This document shows positions 38,091-47,627 of a stretch of 64,000 bases of DNA, in pieces (position 1 is the stretch's first letter; every line of letters starts with the position of its first letter). Location of the stretch: the IMG/VR virus record IMGVR_UViG_3300021400_004415. The stretch is one strand, 5' to 3'. The notes beneath the pieces were generated by a model, which worked only from the letters and a program-made list of their open reading frames with translations, did not search any database and was not told where the DNA came from. The position numbers and the translations under genes were made by a program. The DNA is from an uncultured virus (IMG/VR IMGVR_UViG_3300021400_004415) (Duplodnaviria > Heunggongvirae > Uroviricota > Caudoviricetes).

Positions 38091-39842
38091 TCAGGCTACT
38101 TTTGTTTTTGTCTTTTTGTCAAGTGTCGGCGCGATAGCCTCACACCAGACCTTCGCCATTATAGTCACAACCGCGTTGCCGAGGTATTTCTTCTGTTCTT
38201 CCTGTGAACCCACGAGGACGTAGTCTTTTGGGAAACCCTGTATAAGCTTCAGCTCATCTATGCGGAGCATACGCATGGAGATATCCACTATGCCGTAGAC
38301 GAACATGAACTGTTTGATTTCCCTGAGGACGGGGCTGTCGGTGTCATAGGAGATGTAGATCAGCGTGTCACCTTCCCTTCTGATGAAGGAAGGCAGATGC
38401 GCCTCGTTTGTCAGGGCTGACGCTATCTGTAGAGGCAGTTTGTCCTGGCGGGCTATGACCGTCGGGCATGGGGCGTCCACGCTGTTTCCCGGGCAGGAAA
38501 ACTGCGGGTTGACGAGATACTGCCATTTGCGGTTGACCGTTACGATCTGTGTCGGGGTGTCGATTGAGGATTTAACCTTCACGATTTTCTGTTTCGGGTT
38601 ATTGGTGATGGTCCCGCAGGGCTTCTCTATGGAGGTGGGAGCTCCGTTTCCGTACTGGTTGTCAAGGAAGACCATGGCGAGGCGGTCCTTGGTGGTGACC
38701 GTCGGAGCGGGCCCTTCGACCGAGTGAACGCCTCCCTTGCCGTAGTAGGCGGCAAGGAACTGCTGGTCTTCGGAGCCTTTCTCTGAAAGGAAACGGGCCT
38801 TGCCGACACCGATGCGGTTCTGTGTCGTCACCGTGGGACAGGGGGTCTCCATGTCCGGGGCGAGGTAAGTGCCGTTCTTCATGCCGTTCCACTTTATTAG
38901 AAAGTTCTGTTTTCCGCCGGCCACGAACTTAACGAGTCCGGCGTATATCCTCTTGAGCGTCGCGTCCACAAGGGGTCTCTTCCTTCCGAAGATGGACGCG
39001 CCCTCGTCGTCGAGGTCCAGGACGTCACGGACGGGCAGCCAAGGCTTGAGGTGGTTCCCGAAGAGGTCCTCCCCGCCGTCCCTTGCGTGTGTGGGTTCCG
39101 GAAAGACGATGTCGATGCCTCGTTTAGCAAACATGCCGAAGAAGCGTCTGCGGGACGTGTAGGCTCCGTAGTCGGCGCTGTTAAGGATGCGGCTCTCGAA
39201 GCGGTATCCGTAGGAGCACATCTCGGCGACCCAGCGGTGGTAGTATTCCCCCTTGTGCTCGGGATCCGGCAGCATGGCCGGCTCTTCCCAGGTCTTGCGT
39301 TCCTTGCCCTTCCCGGAGGATTTCTTCGTCATGACGACGGTCCCGTCGCCGCGGCGTTTCTCCACCAGCGGGCCCCAGGTCTGGAACTCATCGACGTTCT
39401 CTATCTGGATGATATCAGGGTCGATGGCCTCCACGTAGCGGAACAGGTGCTCTGCGAGTGTCCTGGAGTCCGCGTCGCGTGACATACCTCCCTTGGCGCG
39501 GGAGAAGTTGGTACACTCAAGGGAGGCCCAGAGGACGACCTTCGCCTTGGGATGCGCTTTCCGGGCCAGGTTGATATGCTTCACCATGGGCCCCAGCTCC
39601 AGCGTACGGATATCCTCGGTGTAGTGGACCGCGTCGGGGTGGTTGGCCTTGTGGGAGGCAATCGCGTTTTTGTCGTGGTTCACGCAGGCGACGACCTTGG
39701 CAATCTTCTTGCCGTTGACGACGGCGTTCTCAACGCCCGTCGACGTGCCGCCGGCACCGCAGAAGAGGTCTATGTAGAGGAGTTGGATATTTTCGTTCAT
39801 GGGTTGTTCAATAGTTGAGATTGAATTCAAAGTTTCCTTCAC
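38091..39842 (-). CDS. Orphan DNA (cytosine-5) methyltransferase
   Basis: DLFCGAGG (motif I), SLECTNFS (IV), IENV (VI), TSRRRFF (VIII), LIQGFP..LGNAV (IX/X); no cognate endonuclease nearby. Confidence 0.93.
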   Translation of the reverse strand: MKETLNSISTIEQPMNENIQLLYIDLFCGAGGTSTGVENAVVNGKKIAKVVACVNHDKNAIASHKANHPDAVHYTEDIRTLELGPMVKHINLARKAHPKAKVVLWASLECTNFSRAKGGMSRDADSRTLAEHLFRYVEAIDPDIIQIENVDEFQTWGPLVEKRRGDGTVVMTKKSSGKGKERKTWEEPAMLPDPEHKGEYYHRWVAEMCSYGYRFESRILNSADYGAYTSRRRFFGMFAKRGIDIVFPEPTHARDGGEDLFGNHLKPWLPVRDVLDLDDEGASIFGRKRPLVDATLKRIYAGLVKFVAGGKQNFLIKWNGMKNGTYLAPDMETPCPTVTTQNRIGVGKARFLSEKGSEDQQFLAAYYGKGGVHSVEGPAPTVTTKDRLAMVFLDNQYGNGAPTSIEKPCGTITNNPKQKIVKVKSSIDTPTQIVTVNRKWQYLVNPQFSCPGNSVDAPCPTVIARQDKLPLQIASALTNEAHLPSFIRREGDTLIYISYDTDSPVLREIKQFMFVYGIVDISMRMLRIDELKLIQGFPKDYVLVGSQEEQKKYLGNAVVTIMAKVWCEAIAPTLDKKTKTKVA

Positions 39843-40500
39843 GGCGGCCTCCCCTGAGCCAGTAGGCGCTTTTGTTATTGTTTTTGAAAACCGTGGCGGC
39901 GATGCCTTTCAGTTCTTCGAGATCCTTGTAAAGAAGCTCGGGTTTCTTTTCCAACAGTTCCTGTACGGACATGCGTCCGTTCCAGAAGGCTTCGTCCTTG
40001 GTTTTCTGAAGGGTATCCACATAATCGAAGACCTTGCTGGTCAGTTCGGCTTTTCTTTCCGCCTCTTTCCTTGCGTTGATGGCCTCAGGGGCGAGGTACT
40101 TCGCAACGGCCCGGATAGCCTCGGCGAACTCTTCGGCGCTTATCCTCAGGTCGCTATGTCTGCAGTAGGTACGGTCTCCTATCCACTCGTGCTCTGCGGG
40201 GATGACGTGACCGTTTACCAGGCGGCTCACATCAACGGCCGTAGTGCCGTCGGTGGAGTCTCCCTGCCAGTAGATGCTGGCGAAGCATACGCCTTTGTCG
40301 TCGACACAGAGCCTCTCTATCCGGTGGTTCCAGTGAAACTCCGTAATATGACGGATATAGATATTATCGTTATATTTGCTTCCGGACCAGCGCTTGGTCC
40401 CGTACTCGCGTATCACCTCCGGGAGGAGGGAAACGCATTCGCGGATGCTGCCGCTGGAGAAGACTGTCCGGTAGTATTTTGCAGTTTTTCTTATATTCAT
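39808..40500 (-). CDS. Hypothetical protein
   Basis: Start placed at MNIRKTA, 11 nt from the shared leader motif. Confidence 0.75.
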   Translation of the reverse strand: MNIRKTAKYYRTVFSSGSIRECVSLLPEVIREYGTKRWSGSKYNDNIYIRHITEFHWNHRIERLCVDDKGVCFASIYWQGDSTDGTTAVDVSRLVNGHVIPAEHEWIGDRTYCRHSDLRISAEEFAEAIRAVAKYLAPEAINARKEAERKAELTSKVFDYVDTLQKTKDEAFWNGRMSVQELLEKKPELLYKDLEELKGIAATVFKNNNKSAYWLRGGRREGNFEFNLNY

Positions 40501-40565
40501 GGTATAAGTGTATTTGATTGGTTTGTTTGGCAATCTATAGCCCGTTCAAGAGCCGTAAACAGTGA

Positions 40566-40970
40566 TTACTTGTCCCAGAGTTCCCTGTCTGCAAACATTG
40601 CCTCGATGCTTTCATCGTAGGTAAGTTCGTAGAGGTAGGTTGAAGGCTCCTGCCAGTCACAGGCTTCAAGAGCGGCGGCGGCAAGGAACTCTACAAACTT
40701 CTCGTTGGAATACATTTCTTCCGGATACTCCTGTTCAAGCGTTTCACGCGTCTCATTGAGAAGCATTTCGCGGGTCCACAATTTAGCATCCCCATTATTT
40801 TCGTCCAAGTCTTGCAAGGAGTATTCTCCGATGTAGATAATGCCCTCTCCTTTTTTGAAGGCATCTATATCTTTGTAACACCACCCGTTAAAAGTGGAGT
40901 CACCATGGTAACGAACTTCTCCGTTTTCAAATTCCTCGCGGTACCCGCAAGTAACTTCGATTTTTTTCAT
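40566..40970 (-). CDS. Acidic hypothetical protein
   Basis: 134 aa, D/E-rich. Confidence 0.75.
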   Translation of the reverse strand: MKKIEVTCGYREEFENGEVRYHGDSTFNGWCYKDIDAFKKGEGIIYIGEYSLQDLDENNGDAKLWTREMLLNETRETLEQEYPEEMYSNEKFVEFLAAAALEACDWQEPSTYLYELTYDESIEAMFADRELWDK

Positions 40971-41030
40971 GTTAGTGTGATATTTGATTGGTTTGTTGCG
41001 GATATGGAAGCAGTCGCGTCCCCCATACCC

Positions 41031-41333
41031 TTAGCGGTTCACGAATTTGTAATACGGAACGTATGTTTTATTCACGGCGCTCATTATTTCGTTCCAGGTG
41101 GATTCCTTCGTTTTACTAACATAGAAATCAACTCTCACTTGGTCGGGGCTTGTGTTAGCAAGTTCAACCGTGTCACCTAAATAGTAAGGATTGCCGTGAT
41201 GTGCACAAACACCAGGTAGCATACCAAGGTTGATATTAACTTCCTTCATCATTTCTGCAATTCTTTCCGTCATTTTGTTTTTGCTCATTTTGTTGGGATA
41301 ACCCGCAACAAGGCTAAATGTAAGATGTCGCAT
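41031..41333 (-). CDS. Hypothetical protein
   Basis: 100 aa, co-oriented. Confidence 0.7.
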   Translation of the reverse strand: MRHLTFSLVAGYPNKMSKNKMTERIAEMMKEVNINLGMLPGVCAHHGNPYYLGDTVELANTSPDQVRVDFYVSKTKESTWNEIMSAVNKTYVPYYKFVNR

Positions 41334-41441
41334 AATGATTTCGATTTGATTGGTTTGTAGTGAATAGCCACCTTGTCAGAAGTGGCGCCATGAGAGAGGA
41401 ATAGGCGGGGCGACGGAGCGCCCTCGCCCAAGGAAGAAGGC

Positions 41442-41969
41442 TTAAGCTTCGTTTACCGCCACTGGCACAACGACGAAGGTGTTGTACAAGATGTAGTTTT
41501 CGATGATAAAGAAACCGTTGTAGTCACCCGCAACCCAAGCGGTGTTGGCGTCGTTACGAAGGCAAGACCAAAGGACAGAATCGGCGGGCAGAAGGTCTGC
41601 GCCCTCTATCTGTTTCGCAAGGGCATTGATTTCTTTCTCGTATTTCTTGATGGTTCCGGTGGTAAGTAGAGAAGCAATGTTAAACTTCTCTGCGATGCCA
41701 CGTACGAACTTCGCTGCCGGGCTGTCCAGCTTTAGTAGTTCATCGGTGCGCTCTTTGCAGAGGTCGGTGTCTTCGAAAAGGGCATTTAGTTTCGAGTGGC
41801 CCGGCTCCTTCCAGTCGTCAAAGCGACTGACTTCAAGAAGTTTACACTCCTTGTATTTAGGGTACACGAGGACGGCTTTGCCGTCAATTCTCGGAATAGA
41901 GATTCCTTTAATGGCATCCAGTTTCATTTCGCCCTCACGGCCTTCTTTGAAAATGATTTGAGGTTTCAT
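41442..41969 (-). CDS. Probable DGR target protein with C-terminal C-type-lectin-like variable region
   Basis: C-terminus LWSCLRNDANTAWVAGDYNGFFIIENYILYNTFVVVPVA; 19 of 28 codons in this stretch are NNC; GC hairpin just after the stop. Confidence 0.7.
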   Translation of the reverse strand: MKPQIIFKEGREGEMKLDAIKGISIPRIDGKAVLVYPKYKECKLLEVSRFDDWKEPGHSKLNALFEDTDLCKERTDELLKLDSPAAKFVRGIAEKFNIASLLTTGTIKKYEKEINALAKQIEGADLLPADSVLWSCLRNDANTAWVAGDYNGFFIIENYILYNTFVVVPVAVNEA

Positions 41970-41997
41970 TACTATTATTATTTGGTTATGTTGTTTC

Positions 41998-42642
41998 TTA
42001 TCCTTTATATCTGGTTCCGTCTTCCGTGAACTCGTAAGTGTTACCAAGGATGGTTTCTTCGATGTTTTCATCATCGTAGTTATATTCCTGGTCGCGTTCC
42101 CACTGTTTAAAGAAATCGTGGAGCATATCGTCTATGAAATCCTTAATCGTGCGGTGCTTGCGCACGTATTCATAGCGTTTCTCCATGTAGTCGTCTACAA
42201 CGGCGCTCGTCCAGCTTCCGGTAAGGCAGTAGTTTCGCTCAAACAGCACCTTAGAATTACGCTTGGTGTAATCAAGGCCCGCAGGATGCTCTTTGTCAAC
42301 CGGAACTTTGCGGAATGAGGAAGAATAGAATCTTCCCTTTCGGCAGTACTGCTCCACCGCGTCCAGATAACGCACGAGGAATTTTGGTTCATTGCTTATA
42401 GTGGAGAATCTTGAGTTCTCATTGAAACGCCAAAGGGAATAGGTGCCGGGATAGCCCACGCACCAATCGTACACTTGGATTTCAAAGATTTTCTGAATCT
42501 TCTCCAGTGCGGAACGGTAATCGTCCGCATCGAAGTCGCAGAGCATGGAACCGATAGTTTCACGCATATTCTCCACGGCATTCTTTTTTGCCGTATCGGA
42601 GAGCTCGTCGTATTGGTAGATGTTAAGTGTGATTGTTCTCAT
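41998..42642 (-). CDS. Phage/plasmid-type hypothetical protein
   Basis: MRTITLNIYQYDELSDTAK..DENIEETILGNTYEFTEDG. Confidence 0.75.
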   Translation of the reverse strand: MRTITLNIYQYDELSDTAKKNAVENMRETIGSMLCDFDADDYRSALEKIQKIFEIQVYDWCVGYPGTYSLWRFNENSRFSTISNEPKFLVRYLDAVEQYCRKGRFYSSSFRKVPVDKEHPAGLDYTKRNSKVLFERNYCLTGSWTSAVVDDYMEKRYEYVRKHRTIKDFIDDMLHDFFKQWERDQEYNYDDENIEETILGNTYEFTEDGTRYKG

Positions 42643-42679
42643 GGTGATTTGATTTTATTTCAATTTTCTTTTTCACGGT

Positions 42680-43078
42680 TCACCAGATTTCTACGAGTTC
42701 ATCTTCATGTACGGAGAGGAAGTCGTCGATGCCGTCGTATTTCCTGACAGGCATCATCTCGATATCCTCCTTGGAGAAGTACTCCGGATAGGTACGGAAG
42801 GTCTTCTCGAGGTAATCCCTCGTGAGTTTTTCCGCTTTTACTGGGATTCCGTCTTTCTCTACGAGGAGGTGGCGTCCGTTGGATCCTGGTGTCTTGTTGC
42901 AGATGGCCGTGTTGAATCCTTCCTGGTTCTCCGTCGCCTGGATGTAACCGACGTGCTTCTCGTCGGAGAAGTAACCGTAGGACTCGGACGGGTCTTTCGA
43001 CAGGAAGACGCGGAGGTCCATGTTGCGCATCTTCTCGGCTATTTCTTCGAGCTGCTGCCGTTTGGTGCTTTTCTCCAT
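42680..43078 (-). CDS. Hypothetical protein (paralog of 43086-43478)
   Basis: LRVFLS..YGYFSDEKHVGYIQ..YLEKTF..KYDGIDDFL. Confidence 0.75.
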   Translation of the reverse strand: MEKSTKRQQLEEIAEKMRNMDLRVFLSKDPSESYGYFSDEKHVGYIQATENQEGFNTAICNKTPGSNGRHLLVEKDGIPVKAEKLTRDYLEKTFRTYPEYFSKEDIEMMPVRKYDGIDDFLSVHEDELVEIW

Positions 43079-43085
43079 GACCGTA

Positions 43086-43478
43086 TCAGATTTCCACGAG
43101 GTTCTCCTTATCCCAGTAGTTGTCAAGGAAGTCTTTCAGGTCGTGGTATTTCACGATTTTCTGATAGGGCTTGAGCTTGTATCCTGTCGGGACATCTACG
43201 AAGGTCTTCTGCAGGAGTTCCGGTGTAATGTCTTCGAGGTGATATCCCTGCTGTTCTTTGGGGTTGATATACAACCCTGTCGGGGAGTAGGGGATATACC
43301 TGTTGCACGTGGAGAAGTCCACGCCGCTCCAGGTGCTTGTCTGGAAGTATCCTATGTTGGTACCGTCGGAGAAGTAACCGAAGTAGCCGCTCTTGCCGTT
43401 AATGAACACCCTGAATCCAAGGGATTTGATTTTGAGTGCTATGGCAAGGAATTCTTCTTTCTGGGGAGTCATTTTCAT
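43086..43478 (-). CDS. Hypothetical protein (paralog of 42680-43078)
   Basis: FRVFIN..FGYFSDGTNIGYFQ..LLQKTF..KYHDLKDFL. Confidence 0.75.
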   Translation of the reverse strand: MKMTPQKEEFLAIALKIKSLGFRVFINGKSGYFGYFSDGTNIGYFQTSTWSGVDFSTCNRYIPYSPTGLYINPKEQQGYHLEDITPELLQKTFVDVPTGYKLKPYQKIVKYHDLKDFLDNYWDKENLVEI

Positions 43479-43491
43479 GGTGTGACGGTTT

Positions 43492-43977
43492 TTAGATTTT
43501 CACGTCGAGTATAGCTCCGACATAGAGTGTCTTCGGGGTGTAGCCCGCGAGGTAGTCGGCGGCGACGGTGGAGAAGTTCTGGCAGTATGAGCCGTAGAAG
43601 AGGTCTTGCACTCCGATGGTCCTGGTGTCGAGTCTCAGCTGGTATTCGGCCATGCTGACCTCGTCATTCTGGAAATGTTTCTTGAAAGACTGGAACGCCT
43701 GTTCGATTTTCTCCAGTATGCTTTCCTTGACTGTCTTGGTGTCGCGGAACTGGATGATCCCGGTATTGACGTCGACGAGGGCGTAGGGTTCCATTGCCTT
43801 CTTGAGCTGTTCCAGCGCGTTTTTCCTTTTCTCTCCCACGACGGGGTCGCCGTAGTATTCCGTATCGGCCAGAAGGGGATCCACGCTGCCGAAGGAGTCG
43901 TAAAGGTCGGTTTCGTCGATGTAGTTTTCCTTCTCGACGGGGTATCCGCTCACTTGGATGATATTGATGTGTGCCAT
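43492..43977 (-). CDS. Hypothetical protein
   Basis: 161 aa, co-oriented. Confidence 0.75.
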   Translation of the reverse strand: MAHINIIQVSGYPVEKENYIDETDLYDSFGSVDPLLADTEYYGDPVVGEKRKNALEQLKKAMEPYALVDVNTGIIQFRDTKTVKESILEKIEQAFQSFKKHFQNDEVSMAEYQLRLDTRTIGVQDLFYGSYCQNFSTVAADYLAGYTPKTLYVGAILDVKI

Positions 43978-44105
43978 GTTTGTTATGTGTGTTATTCTGT
44001 TATAAAACTAAAGTCAGTTATTATTTTCGGGCAGGAAGTCGATGACTACCAGCAGGCCCAGGATAAAGAGAAGCAGCGCTGTCATGGTAAAGGGTTTTCA
44101 GCGTG

Positions 44106-44393
44106 CTATCTGTCGGAATACACCTTCGAGTGGAAGGTGATCTTCTCGCCTCTTTCACCATAACGCGTAGCGTCGATATAGAACGTGCTCCTTGACAGTC
44201 CGGACAGCCAGGTGTCATGTCCGAGGATGTCTTCAGCTTCCTTGCGGGTGATTTCGACGGTTTTTTTGCTGTCAAGGTGCAGGGTATAGGTGGTACGCGT
44301 GTAGGCGTAGTCAATCTCCTGCACGTCATTTACAGAGTAGCCCTTCTCTAAAAGTTGCTCTCTGTCACTGTGGGATAATCTGTATTTAGACAT
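44106..44393 (-). CDS. Hypothetical protein
   Basis: 95 aa; LGHDTWLSGLSRSTF. Confidence 0.7.
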   Translation of the reverse strand: MSKYRLSHSDREQLLEKGYSVNDVQEIDYAYTRTTYTLHLDSKKTVEITRKEAEDILGHDTWLSGLSRSTFYIDATRYGERGEKITFHSKVYSDR

Positions 44394-44448
44394 GGTTGAA
44401 AATGTTAATGGGTTTCTTGAATACTGTTTGAAAGGCGGGAGAGGTGTC

Positions 44449-44472
44449 GGGCCCGGCCGTATGGCCGGGCCC
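44449..44472. terminator. GC hairpin after the VWA gene
   Basis: GGGCCCGGCC-GTAT-GGCCGGGCCC perfect stem. Confidence 0.6.
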
Positions 44473-44488
44473 TCATCCCAACGGTCTC

Positions 44489-46348
44489 TTAGGCGGCGTA
44501 GGTCCTGGTCTGCGTCTTCAGGACGATTTTCTTTACCACTGTCGATATGCCTTTTACGAGGTTCTGCATGTTGGACATGTCAATCCATTGGTCGTACATG
44601 GCTTTGAGTTCCGTCTGTGGTAGGCCGCTTGATATGGAGATTCCGATAATCTCGAAATTCTTCTTTTTGGCTTCCTCCACCGCGTTTCTTACGCTTATGG
44701 CTCCGCCGTTGGCCCCTCCGTCCGAGATGACGAGAAGCACGCTCTTTGTCTTTGACTTCTCGCGTATGCGCTTGACACTCTCGCGTATGGCCTCTGCGGT
44801 CGGGGTGCCGGAATGACTGGATATGCTTCCGAGGGTTTCCTTGTTGTAAGGCTTGCCCCATTCCCTGTAAGGGAAGAGAATGTTGTATTGGTAATCGTTC
44901 GTGTAGCCGTAAATGTTCAGTTCCACATTCGGGACATTGCCTACAGCCTCGTTGATAAGGACGGCTGTCTGCCGTGCAAGTTCTTCGCGTATGCCGTCCA
45001 TCGAGCCGCTTTCATCAATCAGGAGGCTGATATTTACCCTGTCGGGGCGTATTATCTCCTGCCTGCAGAAGACATTCTTGCTTCCCTGGATCGCTTCGGC
45101 GATTTTATTTCCGTCAAGCACTCCGCGTTTGAGGCCCGTCTGGTAGGTGTTCCTTTCGTGCCCGTGGATTGCAAGGGCCTTCGTTACGGCGGGGATATAT
45201 TTTTTTACGGCGTTGAGCGTCTTGCGGTATTTGTTTTTGTCGGGCTCCTTGCTTACCACTACGGCGTTGTCTCCGATTTCGAGTTCTCCTTCGGCGTCCT
45301 TGGCAATAAGGTGTCCGTCTATTTTCGCGGCTTGGGACATGTCCTCCTCCTCGATTTTCTGTCCGTTTTGACGGAGGTTGTCTTCAATGGCTTCGAGGAT
45401 TTTTTCAAGGATTTTTTCTATTTCTTCGTCGGTGAGGGGCTTCTTGCTTTTGGCGTTTTTGCCGGAGCCATTTCCGCCCTTGCCGCATCCACCCTCTTCG
45501 CCGTCCTCGCCGGATTCTCCGCCGGACTCTCCGTCGGACTCATTTTCATCCTCGTCGTCCTGGTCTTCAATGAATTCTTTTATGAGTTCATAGACTTCCT
45601 CGGCGGCGGTTATCGCTTCTGCGGTGTTCTCCGGATAGGGGGTAAGTATCTCGCGGGTCTTAATGAGTATGTCCACGAATTCTTCCACTTCTTCAATGCT
45701 CATTGCTGCCGGATAGCGAATGAGTTTCAGGATTGCGTTGAAGCATCTTGCGATTTTCTGAGTCACGGGTCCCTCTTCCTTTTCTTTCTTGCCGAAGTAG
45801 TAGTACTTGGTGGCCTTGAGGAAGTTTGCGAGTCCAGGACAGTCTTCGCCGAGGCGTCTTTCAATCATCTCGTCCTCTATCACATTTTGGATTGAGTGCA
45901 ACACCCTGTTGTTTGGCATCTTCTTGAACAGTTCGAAGTCCGAGTAGAGGAGGTGGCTTCCCTCATGCACGGCTTCGCCGATGAACACATCGAGTTTCTT
46001 TCCGAGCGAGAGTTCCTTGTCGTCGAAGACCTTCGTGGCTACCCACACTGTCTTGGAGTTCGTGCAGTTGTTGTCGCTGTTAATTTTCACCGTCACTTTA
46101 TAGGGGTGTCCCATAGAGGCAATCATATTCCTTGCAATGCTCATAGCGTTGCGGTAGAGGTCCTTGACTGTCTTGGGGTGCAGTATCGCCTCGGAGTAGG
46201 CGGAGTCCTTAGGGAGCGTGTCTTCCCAGCCGAGTCGGTCGGTGGTGCGGATACGCACATAGGTCTTTCCGTCTCTTTCGAGGAAGTCCTTTTCGAGGAG
46301 TTCAATCTTCTCCTGAAGGGACAGTGTGTTTATGTCTTGGTTCTGCAT
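44489..46348 (-). CDS. CobT-like protein: HExxH peptidase-like domain, acidic linker, C-terminal VWA domain
   Basis: AVHEGSHLL..NVIEDEMIE; D/E/G linker; LLIDESGSM MIDAS, GTPT, ISDGG. Confidence 0.88.
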   Translation of the reverse strand: MQNQDINTLSLQEKIELLEKDFLERDGKTYVRIRTTDRLGWEDTLPKDSAYSEAILHPKTVKDLYRNAMSIARNMIASMGHPYKVTVKINSDNNCTNSKTVWVATKVFDDKELSLGKKLDVFIGEAVHEGSHLLYSDFELFKKMPNNRVLHSIQNVIEDEMIERRLGEDCPGLANFLKATKYYYFGKKEKEEGPVTQKIARCFNAILKLIRYPAAMSIEEVEEFVDILIKTREILTPYPENTAEAITAAEEVYELIKEFIEDQDDEDENESDGESGGESGEDGEEGGCGKGGNGSGKNAKSKKPLTDEEIEKILEKILEAIEDNLRQNGQKIEEEDMSQAAKIDGHLIAKDAEGELEIGDNAVVVSKEPDKNKYRKTLNAVKKYIPAVTKALAIHGHERNTYQTGLKRGVLDGNKIAEAIQGSKNVFCRQEIIRPDRVNISLLIDESGSMDGIREELARQTAVLINEAVGNVPNVELNIYGYTNDYQYNILFPYREWGKPYNKETLGSISSHSGTPTAEAIRESVKRIREKSKTKSVLLVISDGGANGGAISVRNAVEEAKKKNFEIIGISISSGLPQTELKAMYDQWIDMSNMQNLVKGISTVVKKIVLKTQTRTYAA

Positions 46349-46359
46349 GGTCGTCTGAT

Positions 46360-47565
46360 TTATCTTGCCAGAATCATGTTCTTAACTATGGCCTTTTCGC
46401 CTTCTACTTCGGTTCCCTCGAAGAGTTCAAGGAAAATGCTCTCAAGCGCGTACTGTGTCGAGCGTCCCGCTTCTACATAGCGTGCTGCGTACATCACATC
46501 GCGGGTGGTAACCGTGTTGGAGAGGTCACCGGCAATGTACTTGTTCCTGACCTGTTCCGCCACCTTGGTTATGTTCACTGCGTCCGCCTGGTTGATTTTG
46601 TATTTCTCAAGTAGCCATGCTGCCTCTTTGTCGCGGGGCATGTATTTCAGCGTCTTTTCCCTGAAGCGGCTGCGGAGCGCCTTGTCAAGGGGATTGGTGT
46701 TATACTCGGGGCCCTCGTTGATTGTTGCCACGAAGCGACATTTAGGGTTTACCTTTATCTCCCTTGCGCTCTTGCTGTCCGCGAGTTCAATGAACATCGT
46801 CTGTCGGAAGTCAAGGATACTCATAAGGCTCGTGGAAGCCTCGTTGCGTGCCCTGTTGAGTTCGTCCAGAACGATTATGCATTCTGTCTGTATCTCCTGT
46901 GAGAAACGGGCGTAGTCAAAGACTGAACGGCCCCCTTCTATCCTGTGTACGCCCTGCATCTGGGCCACAGGGTCGAACATCGTTGACATGTCGTAGATGT
47001 GTACCGGTACACCGAACACCTTCCCGAGGAGGACTGCTATGGAGGTCTTGCCTGTTCCGGCAGGGCCTTTGAAGAGAATGTTCCTGCCGTCAATCATATC
47101 GAGAATGATATCCTGCCAGGTCTCGTCATTGATGTAGAAGCCCTCTTTCTGGATAGTCGGGGTGGCGTACATCGGATTGTTGACAATCTTGTCAATCATC
47201 TTCATCGGCCCGTTGTTGACGATCCTGGTCTTCTGTTCCACCTCGCCGTTGGCGAGTTGGTAGGCTACCCATTCATCCTTGGCCTGCTGGGGGGCCTCGT
47301 CGGCGGCGTCAATGACCCTGTCGCTCTTGATTACATAGAGTTTGTCTGCGGCAGCGTAGAAAGGAGTCTGTAAGGATGTCCGGAGTTCGCAAGCCGTGGA
47401 GGCGAAGATTGTCCCGTAGGGATACTTTCTTCTGACATTCGTGTCGCCCTGGCAGTTCAGGTTGGGGTTAATGTCTACGCCTGATTCATGGATTTGTTTT
47501 GCAAGCGGACGGAGTTTGTTGTCTTTACCGACTTGGACTGTGGTGAAGAAGTAGAATTTTTTCAT
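46360..47565 (-). CDS. MoxR-type (CbbQ/NirQ/CobS-like) AAA+ ATPase
   Basis: GPAGTGKT Walker A, IVLDELNRA Walker B, FVATIN, LDKALRSRF, TTRDV. Confidence 0.9.
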   Translation of the reverse strand: MKKFYFFTTVQVGKDNKLRPLAKQIHESGVDINPNLNCQGDTNVRRKYPYGTIFASTACELRTSLQTPFYAAADKLYVIKSDRVIDAADEAPQQAKDEWVAYQLANGEVEQKTRIVNNGPMKMIDKIVNNPMYATPTIQKEGFYINDETWQDIILDMIDGRNILFKGPAGTGKTSIAVLLGKVFGVPVHIYDMSTMFDPVAQMQGVHRIEGGRSVFDYARFSQEIQTECIIVLDELNRARNEASTSLMSILDFRQTMFIELADSKSAREIKVNPKCRFVATINEGPEYNTNPLDKALRSRFREKTLKYMPRDKEAAWLLEKYKINQADAVNITKVAEQVRNKYIAGDLSNTVTTRDVMYAARYVEAGRSTQYALESIFLELFEGTEVEGEKAIVKNMILAR

Positions 47566-47627
47566 TTTCTTTAGATTTGTTCTCTGACCTTTGTCAGGCG
47601 AGAGAGGTTAATGTATCTTGTTTTGTT

